Counted from the first letter of the stretch, positions 28,589-38,032 are shown. The stretch: 64,000 nucleotides of DNA from Candidatus Latescibacterota bacterium (GCA_965243025.1 CBDETY010000003.1:3584001-3648000); one strand, 5' to 3'. A program made the numbers and translations. Notes: generated from the sequence alone by a model not told the origin.

Positions 28589-29701
28589 ATGGATGAAAAG
28601 CCGACCCGCTTCGGCATCATCGGCGCGGTGCGCCGCGGCGGCAGCTTCGCCAACGGCCTGCAGGCCAACCCGGACGCCGCCATCGTTGCCCTCTGCGACG
28701 TCGCCGAAGAGGAGCTGGCCCGGTCCGCGGCCGGGCTCGGCGTCGAGCGGACCTTCACCGACGCCGAGGCGATGCTCGACTCCGGCCTCGTCGACGCCGC
28801 GGTGATCGGCACCCCGATGCAGTTCCACGCGCCCCAGGCGATCATGGCCCTCGAGCGCGGCATCCACGTCCTCAGCGAGGTGACCGCCGGGGTCTCCCTC
28901 GAGGAGTGCGAGGAGCTCGTGGGCGCCGCCCGGCGCAGCAGCGCGGTCTACATGATGGGGGAGAACTACACCTACACGAAGCCGAACGTCCTCGTCCGGG
29001 AGATCGCCCGCCGCGGCCTCTTCGGCGAGCTCTACTACGCCGAGGGGGCCTACATCCACGAGCTCAAGCAGCTCAACGAGATCACCCGGTGGCGGCGGCG
29101 CTGGCAGACCGGCGTCAACGCCTGCACCTACCCCACCCACAGCCTCGGTCCGGTGCTGCAGTGGTTCGACCCGCACCGGGTCGTGTCGGTCTGCGCGGTC
29201 GGCAGCGGCCATCACTACCGCGACCCGCGCGGCGACCAGTACGAGATGGAGGACTCGGTCACCATGATGTGCCGCCTGTCAAACGGCGGCCTCGCCCACA
29301 TCCGGGTCGACATGCTCTCGGACCGGCCCCACAACATGACCCACTACGCCCTGCAGGGAACCGACGGCGCCTACGAGTCCTCCGACCGTTTCAGGGGAGT
29401 CGACAGGATCTGGCTGCGCAGCCGCAACGAGGCCCCGGCCTGGGAGGCCCTGGAGAACCTCGAGGAGGAGTTCCTGCCGGAGTTCTGGAAGCATCCCCCG
29501 GAAGAGGCGGTCCGGGCCGGACACGGCGGCGGCGACTACTGGCAGGTGCAGGACTTCGTCACCGCGGTCCGCGAGGGAAACGAGCCCCCTATCGGCATCG
29601 ATCAGGCTATGGACATGACCCTGCCGGGCCTGGTGAGCCGGCAGTCGATCGCCGCCGGCTCTGTCTGGGTCGACGTCCCGGATTCCCGGGACTGGAAATA
29701 A
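28589..29701 (+). CDS. Gfo/Idh/MocA oxidoreductase
   Basis: GTPMQFH, HVLSEV, YMMGENY, YAEGAYIH, YPTHSLGP, GHGGGD. Confidence 0.92.
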   Translation: MDEKPTRFGIIGAVRRGGSFANGLQANPDAAIVALCDVAEEELARSAAGLGVERTFTDAEAMLDSGLVDAAVIGTPMQFHAPQAIMALERGIHVLSEVTAGVSLEECEELVGAARRSSAVYMMGENYTYTKPNVLVREIARRGLFGELYYAEGAYIHELKQLNEITRWRRRWQTGVNACTYPTHSLGPVLQWFDPHRVVSVCAVGSGHHYRDPRGDQYEMEDSVTMMCRLSNGGLAHIRVDMLSDRPHNMTHYALQGTDGAYESSDRFRGVDRIWLRSRNEAPAWEALENLEEEFLPEFWKHPPEEAVRAGHGGGDYWQVQDFVTAVREGNEPPIGIDQAMDMTLPGLVSRQSIAAGSVWVDVPDSRDWK

Positions 29702-29857
29702 CCCCCATTCCTGGCAGGCGCAGCCGGCACCTCGACGCCCAATTCCCGAATCCCCCGGGTACGCCAGTCCGGACTGAAACCCACACCGGCGACGCCTTCC
29801 AGACCAGCGGGACTACGCGCGCAGGCACACTTGCCCGCCCCCGTGTAACCCGGGATT

Positions 29858-32080
29858 TCAGAAATACAGCTTGTGCAGCACCCGCAGGTTGCGGCCCGGC
29901 TCCGGCAGGATCTCCTTGACCCGGTTGAGGTGGCGGCGATAGACCGCGTTCGTGGCGTTTTCGAGGGTCGCCGAAAAAGCGTGCAGGCGTCCCCCCCAAC
30001 TGGCGAGGTACTGCCCGGACAGGTCGAGCACGGCGTAGCCGTCGGTCGGTTGCTCGAACTCGCCGGGACGGTCCTGGGCGGCGGCGAGGCGAAGCCCGAC
30101 CGTGCCGCTCAGGGACTCCCGTCCCCCGGTCAGACTGAAGCGCCCCTGGAGCGGAGGCAGGCGGGGAAGCGGCTCGTCGCCGCGGTCGCTCAACACCCCG
30201 CGAACCTGGCTGGCGGTGATCGTGGTCTTCAAGCTCCGCCACAGGTCCCAGTCGAGGGCGACCTCGGCGCCGCGCATGTCGACGCGTTCACCGACCGTCC
30301 GGTAGAGAAACAGGTCCGCCCGCCGCGGACTGAGCACGCCGGTATTCCTTTGGAAGATGAAACCGTCGATGTCGTTGCGGAATACGGCGAGACGGAGATG
30401 CCCCCGGGTGTGGCGGTAGTCGGCGAACAGCTCGATCCCCTGTCCGCGCTCGCTGTCGAGGGCCCCGTTGCCGACTTCGTAGGAGTAGGCGGCCAGGTGC
30501 GGCCCCTCCGAGAACAGCTCCTCGAGTCCGGGGGGCCGGAAGGTGCGCATCAGGGTGGTGCCGAGGGTCAGAGCTTCCACGGGGCGAAAGTGAGCGGACA
30601 GGCCCCCTGACAATCCGGCGAAGTCCCGCCGCTGTATGCGCCCGACCTGGTTGGAATGACGCTCCTCCCGCGGCTGGACGCGGCGCACGTCGAAGCGGAC
30701 GGCCCCTTTCGCTGCCCAGTCTCCGCGGTTCCACTCCTGGTAGGTGAAGCAGGCGCCGGCGTACTCGGTTGTCGGAGGGGTGAAGTTGAGGCCGGCGGCG
30801 GCGTAGTTCCGGTATTCGTACCAGACCCCGGCGGCGCCGTTCTCGAAAGGACCCACCGGGTTCAGGCGGGCGAGGCTCGCGAGGTGGTGGGTCAGGAGGC
30901 CGAACTCCAGGCCCAGCGATCCGTTGGCCTCGAACTCCCCGTGTTGGTAGCGGGAGAAGGTGTGGTGCAGCTCGAGCTGTCTGATCCGGTCCGAAACGGC
31001 CCGAAAATCGGCTCGCGATTCAAGGTGCTGGCGCTCCAGGAGAATCGATATCCCCAACGGGTGGCCCCCCTCCGGATCGGGAGGGATGCCGTACTCGGAA
31101 TCGTAGAGGCTGCCGGATACCCCGAGGTGGCCCCACGGCCGCACCAGGCTGACCCCCAGCGATCCGTTGCCGGTGCGGATGTCGGTGTTGACCAAGGGGC
31201 CGCGCGGGGTCGCGACATCCCCGGCACTGCGCAGGCTGCTGTCGAAGCGCATGGCCAGCGGCCCCAGCGGCTGTTCGAACGCCAGGCCGGCGGACAGGCC
31301 GCCGGTTACGCTTTCCGCTTGCCAGGTGAAGGAACCGTTGCGCCCCTGCGGCTGCTCGGAAGGGACGTATCCGCGGACGACGTTGACCACGCCTCCCAAT
31401 GCGTTGGAGCCGTACAGCATGGTTCCCGGACCCCGCACCACCTCGATGCGCTCGGTGGTCATCGGTTCGATCGCCACCGCGTGGTCCGCACACGACGCCG
31501 ACAGGTCGCCGGTGCGCTCCCCGTCCTCGAGCACGAGCAGGCGGTCGCCGCTCAGTCCGCGCAGCACGGGACGCGCCGGCGCCGGACCCATGGTGCGCTG
31601 CGCCACCCCGGGCTCGTAGTCCATGGTCTCGGCAATGGTGCGGCTCAGGTTCTGGCGGAGCTTGCTGCCGCTGAAAACGACTTCCGGTTTCTGCAGCGGG
31701 GAAAGCGGCCGCTCGCGATCGTCCTCGACCACGGTCTCGTCCATGTGCAGGGGTTCATGGCCGATCCGGAGATCGACGCGGGTGGTGTCCCCCGGTTCGA
31801 TGCGCACCTCGAAACGGGCGTCGCGGTATCCGAGGTGCAGCGTCTGCAGGGTGTACACCCCCGGGGTCAGGGCGGGGAAGAGGAAATACCCTCCGGTGTC
31901 GCTGACGCGGCCGCGGTTGATCCCCTCCACGACCACGGTTGCCCAGGGCACCGGCTCGCCCGTGTCGGAGTCGACGACGCGGCCGGCCAGCGCCCCTGTT
32001 GCCGCGGCGTACAGGGGCGCTGCCGGCAGGAATGCGGCAAGGGCAGCCGCGCCGAAGACCAGCCCCTTTCTACCCTTCAT
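29858..32080 (-). CDS. TonB-dependent receptor, ZnuD-like metal uptake
   Basis: PARPVLRGLSGDR, DHAVAIEP, IEVVRGP..MLYGS, EELFSEGPHLA..YEVGN, YRRHL..KE..PEPGRN; terminal F. Confidence 0.92.
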   Translation of the reverse strand: MKGRKGLVFGAAALAAFLPAAPLYAAATGALAGRVVDSDTGEPVPWATVVVEGINRGRVSDTGGYFLFPALTPGVYTLQTLHLGYRDARFEVRIEPGDTTRVDLRIGHEPLHMDETVVEDDRERPLSPLQKPEVVFSGSKLRQNLSRTIAETMDYEPGVAQRTMGPAPARPVLRGLSGDRLLVLEDGERTGDLSASCADHAVAIEPMTTERIEVVRGPGTMLYGSNALGGVVNVVRGYVPSEQPQGRNGSFTWQAESVTGGLSAGLAFEQPLGPLAMRFDSSLRSAGDVATPRGPLVNTDIRTGNGSLGVSLVRPWGHLGVSGSLYDSEYGIPPDPEGGHPLGISILLERQHLESRADFRAVSDRIRQLELHHTFSRYQHGEFEANGSLGLEFGLLTHHLASLARLNPVGPFENGAAGVWYEYRNYAAAGLNFTPPTTEYAGACFTYQEWNRGDWAAKGAVRFDVRRVQPREERHSNQVGRIQRRDFAGLSGGLSAHFRPVEALTLGTTLMRTFRPPGLEELFSEGPHLAAYSYEVGNGALDSERGQGIELFADYRHTRGHLRLAVFRNDIDGFIFQRNTGVLSPRRADLFLYRTVGERVDMRGAEVALDWDLWRSLKTTITASQVRGVLSDRGDEPLPRLPPLQGRFSLTGGRESLSGTVGLRLAAAQDRPGEFEQPTDGYAVLDLSGQYLASWGGRLHAFSATLENATNAVYRRHLNRVKEILPEPGRNLRVLHKLYF

Positions 32081-32585
32081 CGTCGTGATCCTCGTCGGCG
32101 TGGGAGTCCTCGGAACCCGGGCCCCCTTCTTCGACGTGGATCTCGATATCCTTCGAGACGAAATCGGCGTGGTCGTTGTGGTTCAGCTTGACCACCAGGG
32201 TGGTCTGCCCTTCTTCCAGGCCTACGATGTGGAAGGACCAGTGGCCGTCTTCCTCGTGGTGGTCGACTTCGGCGATGCTCTCGTCGCCGATTTCCCAGTC
32301 AAGGCCATATCCTTCGTCGGGGTCCGGGACGAACCGGTCGCCGTCCTCGGCGAGGAAGCGCACGGTCAGCAGGGGTGTTTCCAGGCCGTGCCCGACTTCG
32401 ATTTCCCCCTCTACCTTGCCGCTTTCCTGGCGGACGAGCTCCTCGCCGCTGCTGAGTATGACCAGGCCGAACGCCTCGGCGTGGTCATCCCACTCATGGA
32501 CGTCTACGGGGTTGTCGTCGTCGCCGCAGCCTGCCAAAAGCAGTAATGCGAGAAGGGATGATGCGGTTGAGATGATCCTGAGCAT
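32070..32585 (-). CDS. His/Asp/Glu-rich lipoprotein, putative metal-capturing partner of the TBDR
   Basis: Lipobox LLAGC; DHAEAFG, HNDHADF, acidic/His-rich tail; overlaps the TBDR start. Confidence 0.8.
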   Translation of the reverse strand: MLRIISTASSLLALLLLAGCGDDDNPVDVHEWDDHAEAFGLVILSSGEELVRQESGKVEGEIEVGHGLETPLLTVRFLAEDGDRFVPDPDEGYGLDWEIGDESIAEVDHHEEDGHWSFHIVGLEEGQTTLVVKLNHNDHADFVSKDIEIHVEEGGPGSEDSHADEDHDDEG

Positions 32586-32716
32586 GGTACGGTTCTCCGG
32601 GTAGTGCCCCTGTGCGCAAGAGTCGGGCCCAGGGAACGATGTGGTGGATGTGAACCGGGCGGGGAAGGCTGAGGGCAAGGAGCCCTCCAGCCTGCTCCGA
32701 CCGGAGCCGGGAGAAC

Positions 32717-32816
32717 GCATCCGCACGCACCGATCCGGGTTGCCCGCCGAAGCGACGAGCCGAGAGCAAAGGCTCCCGGGACGGCGGGAAGGACTGCGTG
32801 AAGCGGGTGCGGATGC
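32717..32816 (-). promoter_or_regulatory. Large nested hairpin directly after the RAPP leader stop
   Basis: GCATCCGCAC/GTGCGGATGC (10 bp), inner CCCGCCG/CGGCGGG and GAGCC/GGCTC stems. Confidence 0.6.
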
Positions 32817-33161
32817 TCAGGTGCGGGGTGGGGCGCGGTTTGCGAAGGAGTAGCCGCGGAAGAAAAGCGGCAGAGGGACGGACCAGAGAGTCCTCTTGCG
32901 GTCGCGGGAGCCGGGGCTCACAAAAAGGAGCGGAAGGACGACGACCACGAGCAGCACAAGGCTGCTCTCGATCATGCAGACCGGGCAGTTCTCCGGCTCG
33001 GCTTCCCCGTGCTCGTGAAACAGCTCGTGACCGAAGGGAAGCGCCAGGAAGAGTCCGATCAGCAGGGCTCCGAAGCAGAGCACCGCCAGATTCGCGGACC
33101 CCCGGCGGTCTCTTCGGACCTGGTTGGCGGAGAATACGAAAGGGAAAGCTCTGCAATCCAT
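32817..33161 (-). CDS. DUF2946/CruR-like leader peptide with CxxC and C-terminal RAPP arrest motif
   Basis: Hydrophobic segment, HELFHEH...CPVC, second hydrophobic segment, ends NRAPPRT*. Confidence 0.72.
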   Translation of the reverse strand: MDCRAFPFVFSANQVRRDRRGSANLAVLCFGALLIGLFLALPFGHELFHEHGEAEPENCPVCMIESSLVLLVVVVLPLLFVSPGSRDRKRTLWSVPLPLFFRGYSFANRAPPRT

Positions 33162-33178
33162 GCTGTTGCGGTCGTGTT

Positions 33179-34225
33179 TCACCTGTTGCTCACTCGCCAG
33201 ACCGTCGCGCCGCCCCGGGCGTCGAGGGCGGCAAGCAGGCGTCCATCCGGTCGCCAGTACAAGCCGCCGACAACATCTGCCACAAGCGCAGCTCCTGTCG
33301 GATCGCCCTGTCCATCGCGCCTGAGCGACCACACGACTACGCCGCCATCCCGGGCTCCCGAGGCCAGGCGCATCCCGCCGCGTGCGAAGGCGAGCGTTGT
33401 AACAGGTTGATCGTGAAGTTCCAGAACGCCGGGCCGCGTGCCTTCGGGACCCCTTCCCTGGAAGCTCCAGACCGTCACCGCCTCGCCTCCGCCGGTGGCC
33501 AGAAGGGTGCCGGTGTCATCGAAGGCCAGGGCCGACGGCTTGGCGGGATATCCCGACATCATCGAGTCCTGCTCCGTGGAGCGGCGCCAGAAGTGCACGG
33601 AGTTGTCCTGGCTGCCGCAGGCCACGATATCCCCGTCCGGACTCAGAACCATCGATACCAGGGATCCCTGCCACTCCAGCTTCTGGCGAGGCTCGCCAGT
33701 GGACGCGTCGAAGAACGTCACCCGACCGTAACAGGCCGTCGCCAGCTCCCCTGCGCCGGACCAGGCGATCGCGCTGACGGTGCTGGGATGATCGTCAGAT
33801 CGCCAGATTTCCACTCCATCCGCACCATACGCGCGAACCTGCCGGGCGCAGGAGGCTGCCAGCCATCGGCCGTCCGGCGACCACGCCACGTTTTCCACCC
33901 AACCGCTTCCGGCGTCGATAGCCTGGCTGACCTGACCCTCGGCGGCACTCCAGATCAGGACTCGCCCGTCCTGGCCGGCCGTGGCGAACGCGGTTCCGCC
34001 CGGGTGGATCGCCGCCGCGAGCACACCGCCTTCATGAACCTCCCGCCGTTCCCAGGCGGTCGCGCCGGACTTGCCGTCGAACGCGTAGACGCCACCGGCG
34101 GCGTCACCGACCATCAGCGCCTCACCGCGCAGGCTCCAACCGCCGGCGATGGCGTAGTCGCCGACCTCGGCGGACCAGCCCCGGCGAAGAACGCCCCTCG
34201 GGCTGTCGACATTCAAACCAGACAT
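33179..34225 (-). CDS. WD40-repeat protein
   Basis: FATAGQDGRVLIW, VAWSPDGRWLA, ACGSQDNSVHFW, LASGARDGGVVVW; overlaps the CobW stop. Confidence 0.92.
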   Translation of the reverse strand: MSGLNVDSPRGVLRRGWSAEVGDYAIAGGWSLRGEALMVGDAAGGVYAFDGKSGATAWERREVHEGGVLAAAIHPGGTAFATAGQDGRVLIWSAAEGQVSQAIDAGSGWVENVAWSPDGRWLAASCARQVRAYGADGVEIWRSDDHPSTVSAIAWSGAGELATACYGRVTFFDASTGEPRQKLEWQGSLVSMVLSPDGDIVACGSQDNSVHFWRRSTEQDSMMSGYPAKPSALAFDDTGTLLATGGGEAVTVWSFQGRGPEGTRPGVLELHDQPVTTLAFARGGMRLASGARDGGVVVWSLRRDGQGDPTGAALVADVVGGLYWRPDGRLLAALDARGGATVWRVSNR

Positions 34226-35559
34226 GCCTCGAATCTCAGCCGCATGCCCTGCTCATCGAGGTTGCGGCCGATGAAGACGAGCTGATTGCGGCGGGGCGCG
34301 TCCCCCCATGGACGGTCCGGTTGTCCGTCGAAGAGCATGTGAACCCCCTGGAAGACGAAGCGGCGCGACTCGCCCGCGAGGCTGATGAAGCCCTTCATTC
34401 GGAAGATGTCCACCCCGCGTTCACGGAGCAGTTCGCCAAGCCACTCGTTCAGCCTGTCGGGATCGACGTCCCCCTCCCTCTCGATCGCGATCGAGCCCAC
34501 TTCGTCGTCGTGCTCGTGCTGGGCGACCCAGGTGCGCTCGACCTCCTGCCCGATTGCCGCTCCTTCCGCGTTCGTCAGTCGGAGATCGAATTCTTCGGCG
34601 GTGTGCTGGGCGTAAAGGCCGACCCGCACCTGCTCATCGACCTCCAGGAAGAACGACTTGCGCCCCGGGGAATCGAGCGGGAGGTTCACATGCTTTCCGA
34701 CGGGAATCTCTTCCCCCGGGCGAACGAGCTCCGCAGGTTCGGCGTACCGCCGCACGCACCACTCCGCACCCTCGCGGAGGGCAGCGTCATCCGTGCCCTG
34801 GCCGGGGACGACGACCAGCGACATCGCCGGATCAGGTCCATCGGCGAGGCTGAGCTCGCAGCGGCCGCTATCGAGCGAATAGACTCCGGTCCACTCGAAC
34901 GGGTATTCCGGCTCGAGGAAGGTGGGACGACGGTCGAGCGCCTGGTCCAGGTCGAAGGCGCCGAGGTTGAGTACCGTGTCGACGGAGACGTTCGCCCGCT
35001 CGCTGCGCACGACTTGCGCCATCCGGTTCATGTCCCGGAGCCGGGTTTCGAGCCTGTCGAGCGCCTCGCCGTCGACGAGGTCGGTCTTGTTGAGCACCAG
35101 GACGTCGGCGAAGGCGATCTGCTCGGTGCTTTCGTCGCTGCGGCCGAGCTGTTGCTCGATGTGGGCTGCATCGACGAGCGTGACGATCCCGTCGAGCGAG
35201 AACTCCGCGTGAATCTCGTCGTCCATGAAGAAGGTCTGAGCGACCGGACCGGGATCGGCGAGCCCCGTGGTCTCCACCAGCACGTAGTCGAACTTGTCGC
35301 GGCGCTTCATGAGATTGCCGAGCACGCGAATCAGGTCTCCGCGCACCGTGCAGCAGATGCAGCCGTTCGACATCTCGAAGATCTCTTCGTCAGCGTCGAT
35401 GACGAGCGCCTGATCGATGCCGACCTCCCCGTACTCGTTCTCGATCACGGCAATGCGCTTGCCGTGCTCCTCGCTCAGGATCCGGTTGAGCAGGGTCGTC
35501 TTGCCGGAGCCGAGGAAGCCGGTGAGGATGGAAACAGGAACTTTTCGCGGCGTATTCAT
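34213..35559 (-). CDS. COG0523/CobW-family G3E GTPase metallochaperone with an internal insert domain
   Basis: GFLGSGKTT, ENEYGE, NGCICC, ETTGLADP, NKTD, CobW_C FRMKG..FQGVH..LVFIGR. Confidence 0.95.
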   Translation of the reverse strand: MNTPRKVPVSILTGFLGSGKTTLLNRILSEEHGKRIAVIENEYGEVGIDQALVIDADEEIFEMSNGCICCTVRGDLIRVLGNLMKRRDKFDYVLVETTGLADPGPVAQTFFMDDEIHAEFSLDGIVTLVDAAHIEQQLGRSDESTEQIAFADVLVLNKTDLVDGEALDRLETRLRDMNRMAQVVRSERANVSVDTVLNLGAFDLDQALDRRPTFLEPEYPFEWTGVYSLDSGRCELSLADGPDPAMSLVVVPGQGTDDAALREGAEWCVRRYAEPAELVRPGEEIPVGKHVNLPLDSPGRKSFFLEVDEQVRVGLYAQHTAEEFDLRLTNAEGAAIGQEVERTWVAQHEHDDEVGSIAIEREGDVDPDRLNEWLGELLRERGVDIFRMKGFISLAGESRRFVFQGVHMLFDGQPDRPWGDAPRRNQLVFIGRNLDEQGMRLRFEACLV

Positions 35560-35868
35560 CTAGTTCTCCCGGGTGAATGGTGCGAAGGCGGCAGTCCGGA
35601 CGTCGAACCCCCACGCCTTGCATACCTGGACCAGGTCCCTGTGGTCAACGGCGTCCATGGGTTTGTGCAGCTTGTGCTGAAGCTGTGGCGCATCGGGCCG
35701 AAGCAGGCCAATCACGGTCTCGATGGGCGCACAGCCTTCTTCGAGACATGCCAGCTCGGTGACTGTAACCGTCGTGCCGTCGGGAAGGCTCAGCGCGGCC
35801 CGCAATGCCTCCTTGATTTGTCGAACCCGTTCGCGGTTCGGGCGACGCGGTGATGTGTTGATCAACAT
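35560..35868 (-). CDS. Small conserved protein with a CxxxGCxPxET motif
   Basis: VTELACLEEGCAPIETVI; its stop abuts the CobW ATG. Confidence 0.75.
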   Translation of the reverse strand: MLINTSPRRPNRERVRQIKEALRAALSLPDGTTVTVTELACLEEGCAPIETVIGLLRPDAPQLQHKLHKPMDAVDHRDLVQVCKAWGFDVRTAAFAPFTREN

Positions 35869-35884
35869 GTTCCCTCTTGGGCGG

Positions 35885-36043
35885 CGGGGTTCGGTACGAG
35901 CCCAAGGACCGCGAGCATCAACACCCCGTTGGAGAGCGCGGTATACCGTGGCGGGACCGACACCCGTTCCGCTCAGGTGGCTCCACAGTTTCCTGGCGGA
36001 ACAGGGGGCCGTCCGCCTCGCCAAGGGCTCGCAAGACGGTCAT
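35885..36043 (-). pseudogene. Frameshifted Fur-family regulator remnant
   Basis: MTVLRALGEADGPL, then after a frameshift SARKLWSHLSGTGVGPATVYRALQRGVDA; resembles the helix-turn-helix of the 44765 regulator (GIATVYRQL). Confidence 0.6.
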
Positions 36044-36054
36044 CTGTGCATGAA

Positions 36055-36086
36055 TTGCATGATAATTGATTTTCAATTATCGTCAA
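36055..36086. promoter_or_regulatory. Fur/Zur-type operator within overlapping divergent promoters
   Basis: Perfect GATAATTGA-ttt-TCAATTATC (36061-36081); rightward TTGCAT-N17-TATCGT; leftward TTGACG-N16-TATCAT. Confidence 0.8.
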
Positions 36087-36157
36087 GGCTTGCTCTCAGC
36101 ACGGGAGTCTCGTCTCTGGGGCCTCAGGCCGGGACGCCAAATACCAAGCGAGGGTGA

Positions 36158-36559
36158 ATGCTGAAATCCAGGTCGCCAGCCCTGCAGCTCGGCGCCGACG
36201 TTGTGGGCGCCGTCGGATCGTCACTGTGCGCCCTGCACTGCGCCATCCTCCCCCTGAGCCTGGTGCTGGGCACCACCTTGCCTCTCACGCTGATGGGCGA
36301 GGAGATCTTCCATCTCGGCCTGCTGTGCCTGGTTCTCCCGGCCGGAATCGTGGCGTTCAGCCTGGGTTGCCGTGAGCACCGCGATGTCTGGGTGCTGGCC
36401 CTGGGGGCCATCGGCATGCTTGGGATCCTGCTGGCCGCCACGGTGTTGCACGATGTCCTCGGCGAGTCCGGTGAGCGCGCAGCGACGCTCGCGGCGGCCG
36501 TCGTCCTGATCTCCGCCCACGCCCGCAACTACCGCCTGTGCCGCGCAAAGCCGACTTGA
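36158..36559 (+). CDS. MerC-domain membrane protein
   Basis: GAVGSSLCALHCAILP, E.FH, GCREH, ISAHARNYRLCR. Confidence 0.85.
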   Translation: MLKSRSPALQLGADVVGAVGSSLCALHCAILPLSLVLGTTLPLTLMGEEIFHLGLLCLVLPAGIVAFSLGCREHRDVWVLALGAIGMLGILLAATVLHDVLGESGERAATLAAAVVLISAHARNYRLCRAKPT

Positions 36560-36577
36560 CTGCGGCCCGCCCGGGGG

Positions 36578-37309
36578 ATGAGCCGCATGAGCCGTAGATC
36601 TCTGCCGGTCGTGGCCTCCCTGTTGATGCTGACCGGCGTGACGGCAGCTCGACAACCCGCACACGTACACGGGATCGCAACCCTCAACCTGGCAATGGAA
36701 GGGGACGAACTCGAGATCGAGTTCGCGTCACCGGCCGGCAATATCGTCGGCTTCGAGCACGAAGCCGTCACCGCAGCCGAGCGTCGAGCGATCCGGGATG
36801 CGATCGAACAGCTGAGGAAGGGCAACGAGCTGTTCGACCTGCCGCCTGCGGCCAGCTGCAGTCTGCATGTCGTCGCAGTGGAGCACGGCCACGGAGAAGA
36901 AGAGAAGAGCGAAGATGGTCATGGACACGACGCTGAGCACGATCACCGCGACGAGCACGGACACGCTGAAGAGGAAGGGGACGGCACGCACATCCGACAT
37001 GAAGCCACACGGGTCGGCGGCGTCGAGGACGGGCATGCCGGCGAGGGGGGGGAGGGCGCCCACTCCGGAGACGAAGCCGGACACGATGACGGCGACGAGC
37101 ACGGACATGCCGGCGAGGATGGGGACACTCACTCCGAGTTCCATGCACGCTATCGCTGCGAGTGCAATGGATCAGCCATCGAGACGATCGGGGTTCGTCT
37201 CTTCGAGCACTGGCCGCGCATCGAGGAGATCCGTGTGCAGGCACTGACGCCGGCCGGCCAGTTCGGTGGCGTTGCCAAGGCAGATGACCCGGTGATCAGG
37301 CTGAGATAG
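36578..37309 (+). CDS. zrgA: ZrgA/DUF2796 His-rich periplasmic zinc-binding protein
   Basis: AHVHG, SPAGNIVGFEH, long His/acidic linker, HSEFHARYRCEC. Confidence 0.88.
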   Translation: MSRMSRRSLPVVASLLMLTGVTAARQPAHVHGIATLNLAMEGDELEIEFASPAGNIVGFEHEAVTAAERRAIRDAIEQLRKGNELFDLPPAASCSLHVVAVEHGHGEEEKSEDGHGHDAEHDHRDEHGHAEEEGDGTHIRHEATRVGGVEDGHAGEGGEGAHSGDEAGHDDGDEHGHAGEDGDTHSEFHARYRCECNGSAIETIGVRLFEHWPRIEEIRVQALTPAGQFGGVAKADDPVIRLR

Positions 37310-37330
37310 CTGCGCGAGCCGACGCCCGAC

Positions 37331-38032
37331 GTGAACGAAGAGCTCATCGAGATCGAGGACCTGCGCTTCGGTTGGCCCGGCGCCGCGCCTCTGCTCGGTT
37401 GCGACCGCTTCCTCCTGCGACGAGGCGAACACCTGTATGTCCGCGGCCCTTCAGGCAGCGGCAAGTCGACGCTGTTGAACCTGTTGGCGGGAGTACTGAC
37501 GCCGGACTCGGGCCGCCTGTCGCTGATGCGCCAGGATACGGGCTCGCTGGCCGCGGCGGCTCGCGACCGGCTTCGCGCCGACCACATCGGGTTCATCTTC
37601 CAGCAATTCAACCTGGTCCCCTACCTCAACCTGGCCGAGAACGTCGTCCTGCCCTGCCACTTCTCCCGGCGCCGAGCCACGCGAGCGGCCGAGGCGCACG
37701 GTGGCGTGAAGGCTGCCGCGCGGTTGCTGCTGCAGCGCCTGTTCGTCGAGGAGGGACTGGATCCGGCGGCACCGGTATCGAGGCTCTCCGTCGGCCAGCA
37801 GCAGCGCGTGGCCGCGGCGCGGGCCCTGATTGGCGATCCCGAGATCGTGATCGCGGACGAACCGACCTCGGCACTCGACTTCGATGGGCGAGCACGCTTC
37901 ATCGAGCTGCTGTTCGAGCAGGTTCAGGCGTCGCGGGCGACGCTGGTCTTCGTCAGTCACGATCCAACCCTCGCGGCGTGCTTCGACCGTACAGTCGACA
38001 TGGACGACTTCCGAGCGGAGGCTCGCGCGTGA
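37331..38032 (+). CDS. zrgB: ABC transporter ATP-binding protein (ZrgB-like)
   Basis: GPSGSGKST, FQQFNLVPYL, LSVGQQQRVAAARAL, ADEPTSALD. Confidence 0.9.
   Translation: MNEELIEIEDLRFGWPGAAPLLGCDRFLLRRGEHLYVRGPSGSGKSTLLNLLAGVLTPDSGRLSLMRQDTGSLAAAARDRLRADHIGFIFQQFNLVPYLNLAENVVLPCHFSRRRATRAAEAHGGVKAAARLLLQRLFVEEGLDPAAPVSRLSVGQQQRVAAARALIGDPEIVIADEPTSALDFDGRARFIELLFEQVQASRATLVFVSHDPTLAACFDRTVDMDDFRAEARA

Noticed and set aside
32629-32655. HIHHIVPW peptide resembling an HNH nuclease motif
   Set aside because: Isolated eight residues in a non-coding leader with no flanking CxxC or Asn/His; probably chance.
35869-36050. Cobalamin riboswitch upstream of the CobW/TBDR operon
   Set aside because: No B12-box motifs recognised; the region is better explained as a fur remnant plus operator.
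36158-36559. Mercury-resistance operon
   Set aside because: No merA/merR/merP; the MerC-like gene lies in a zinc-uptake context.
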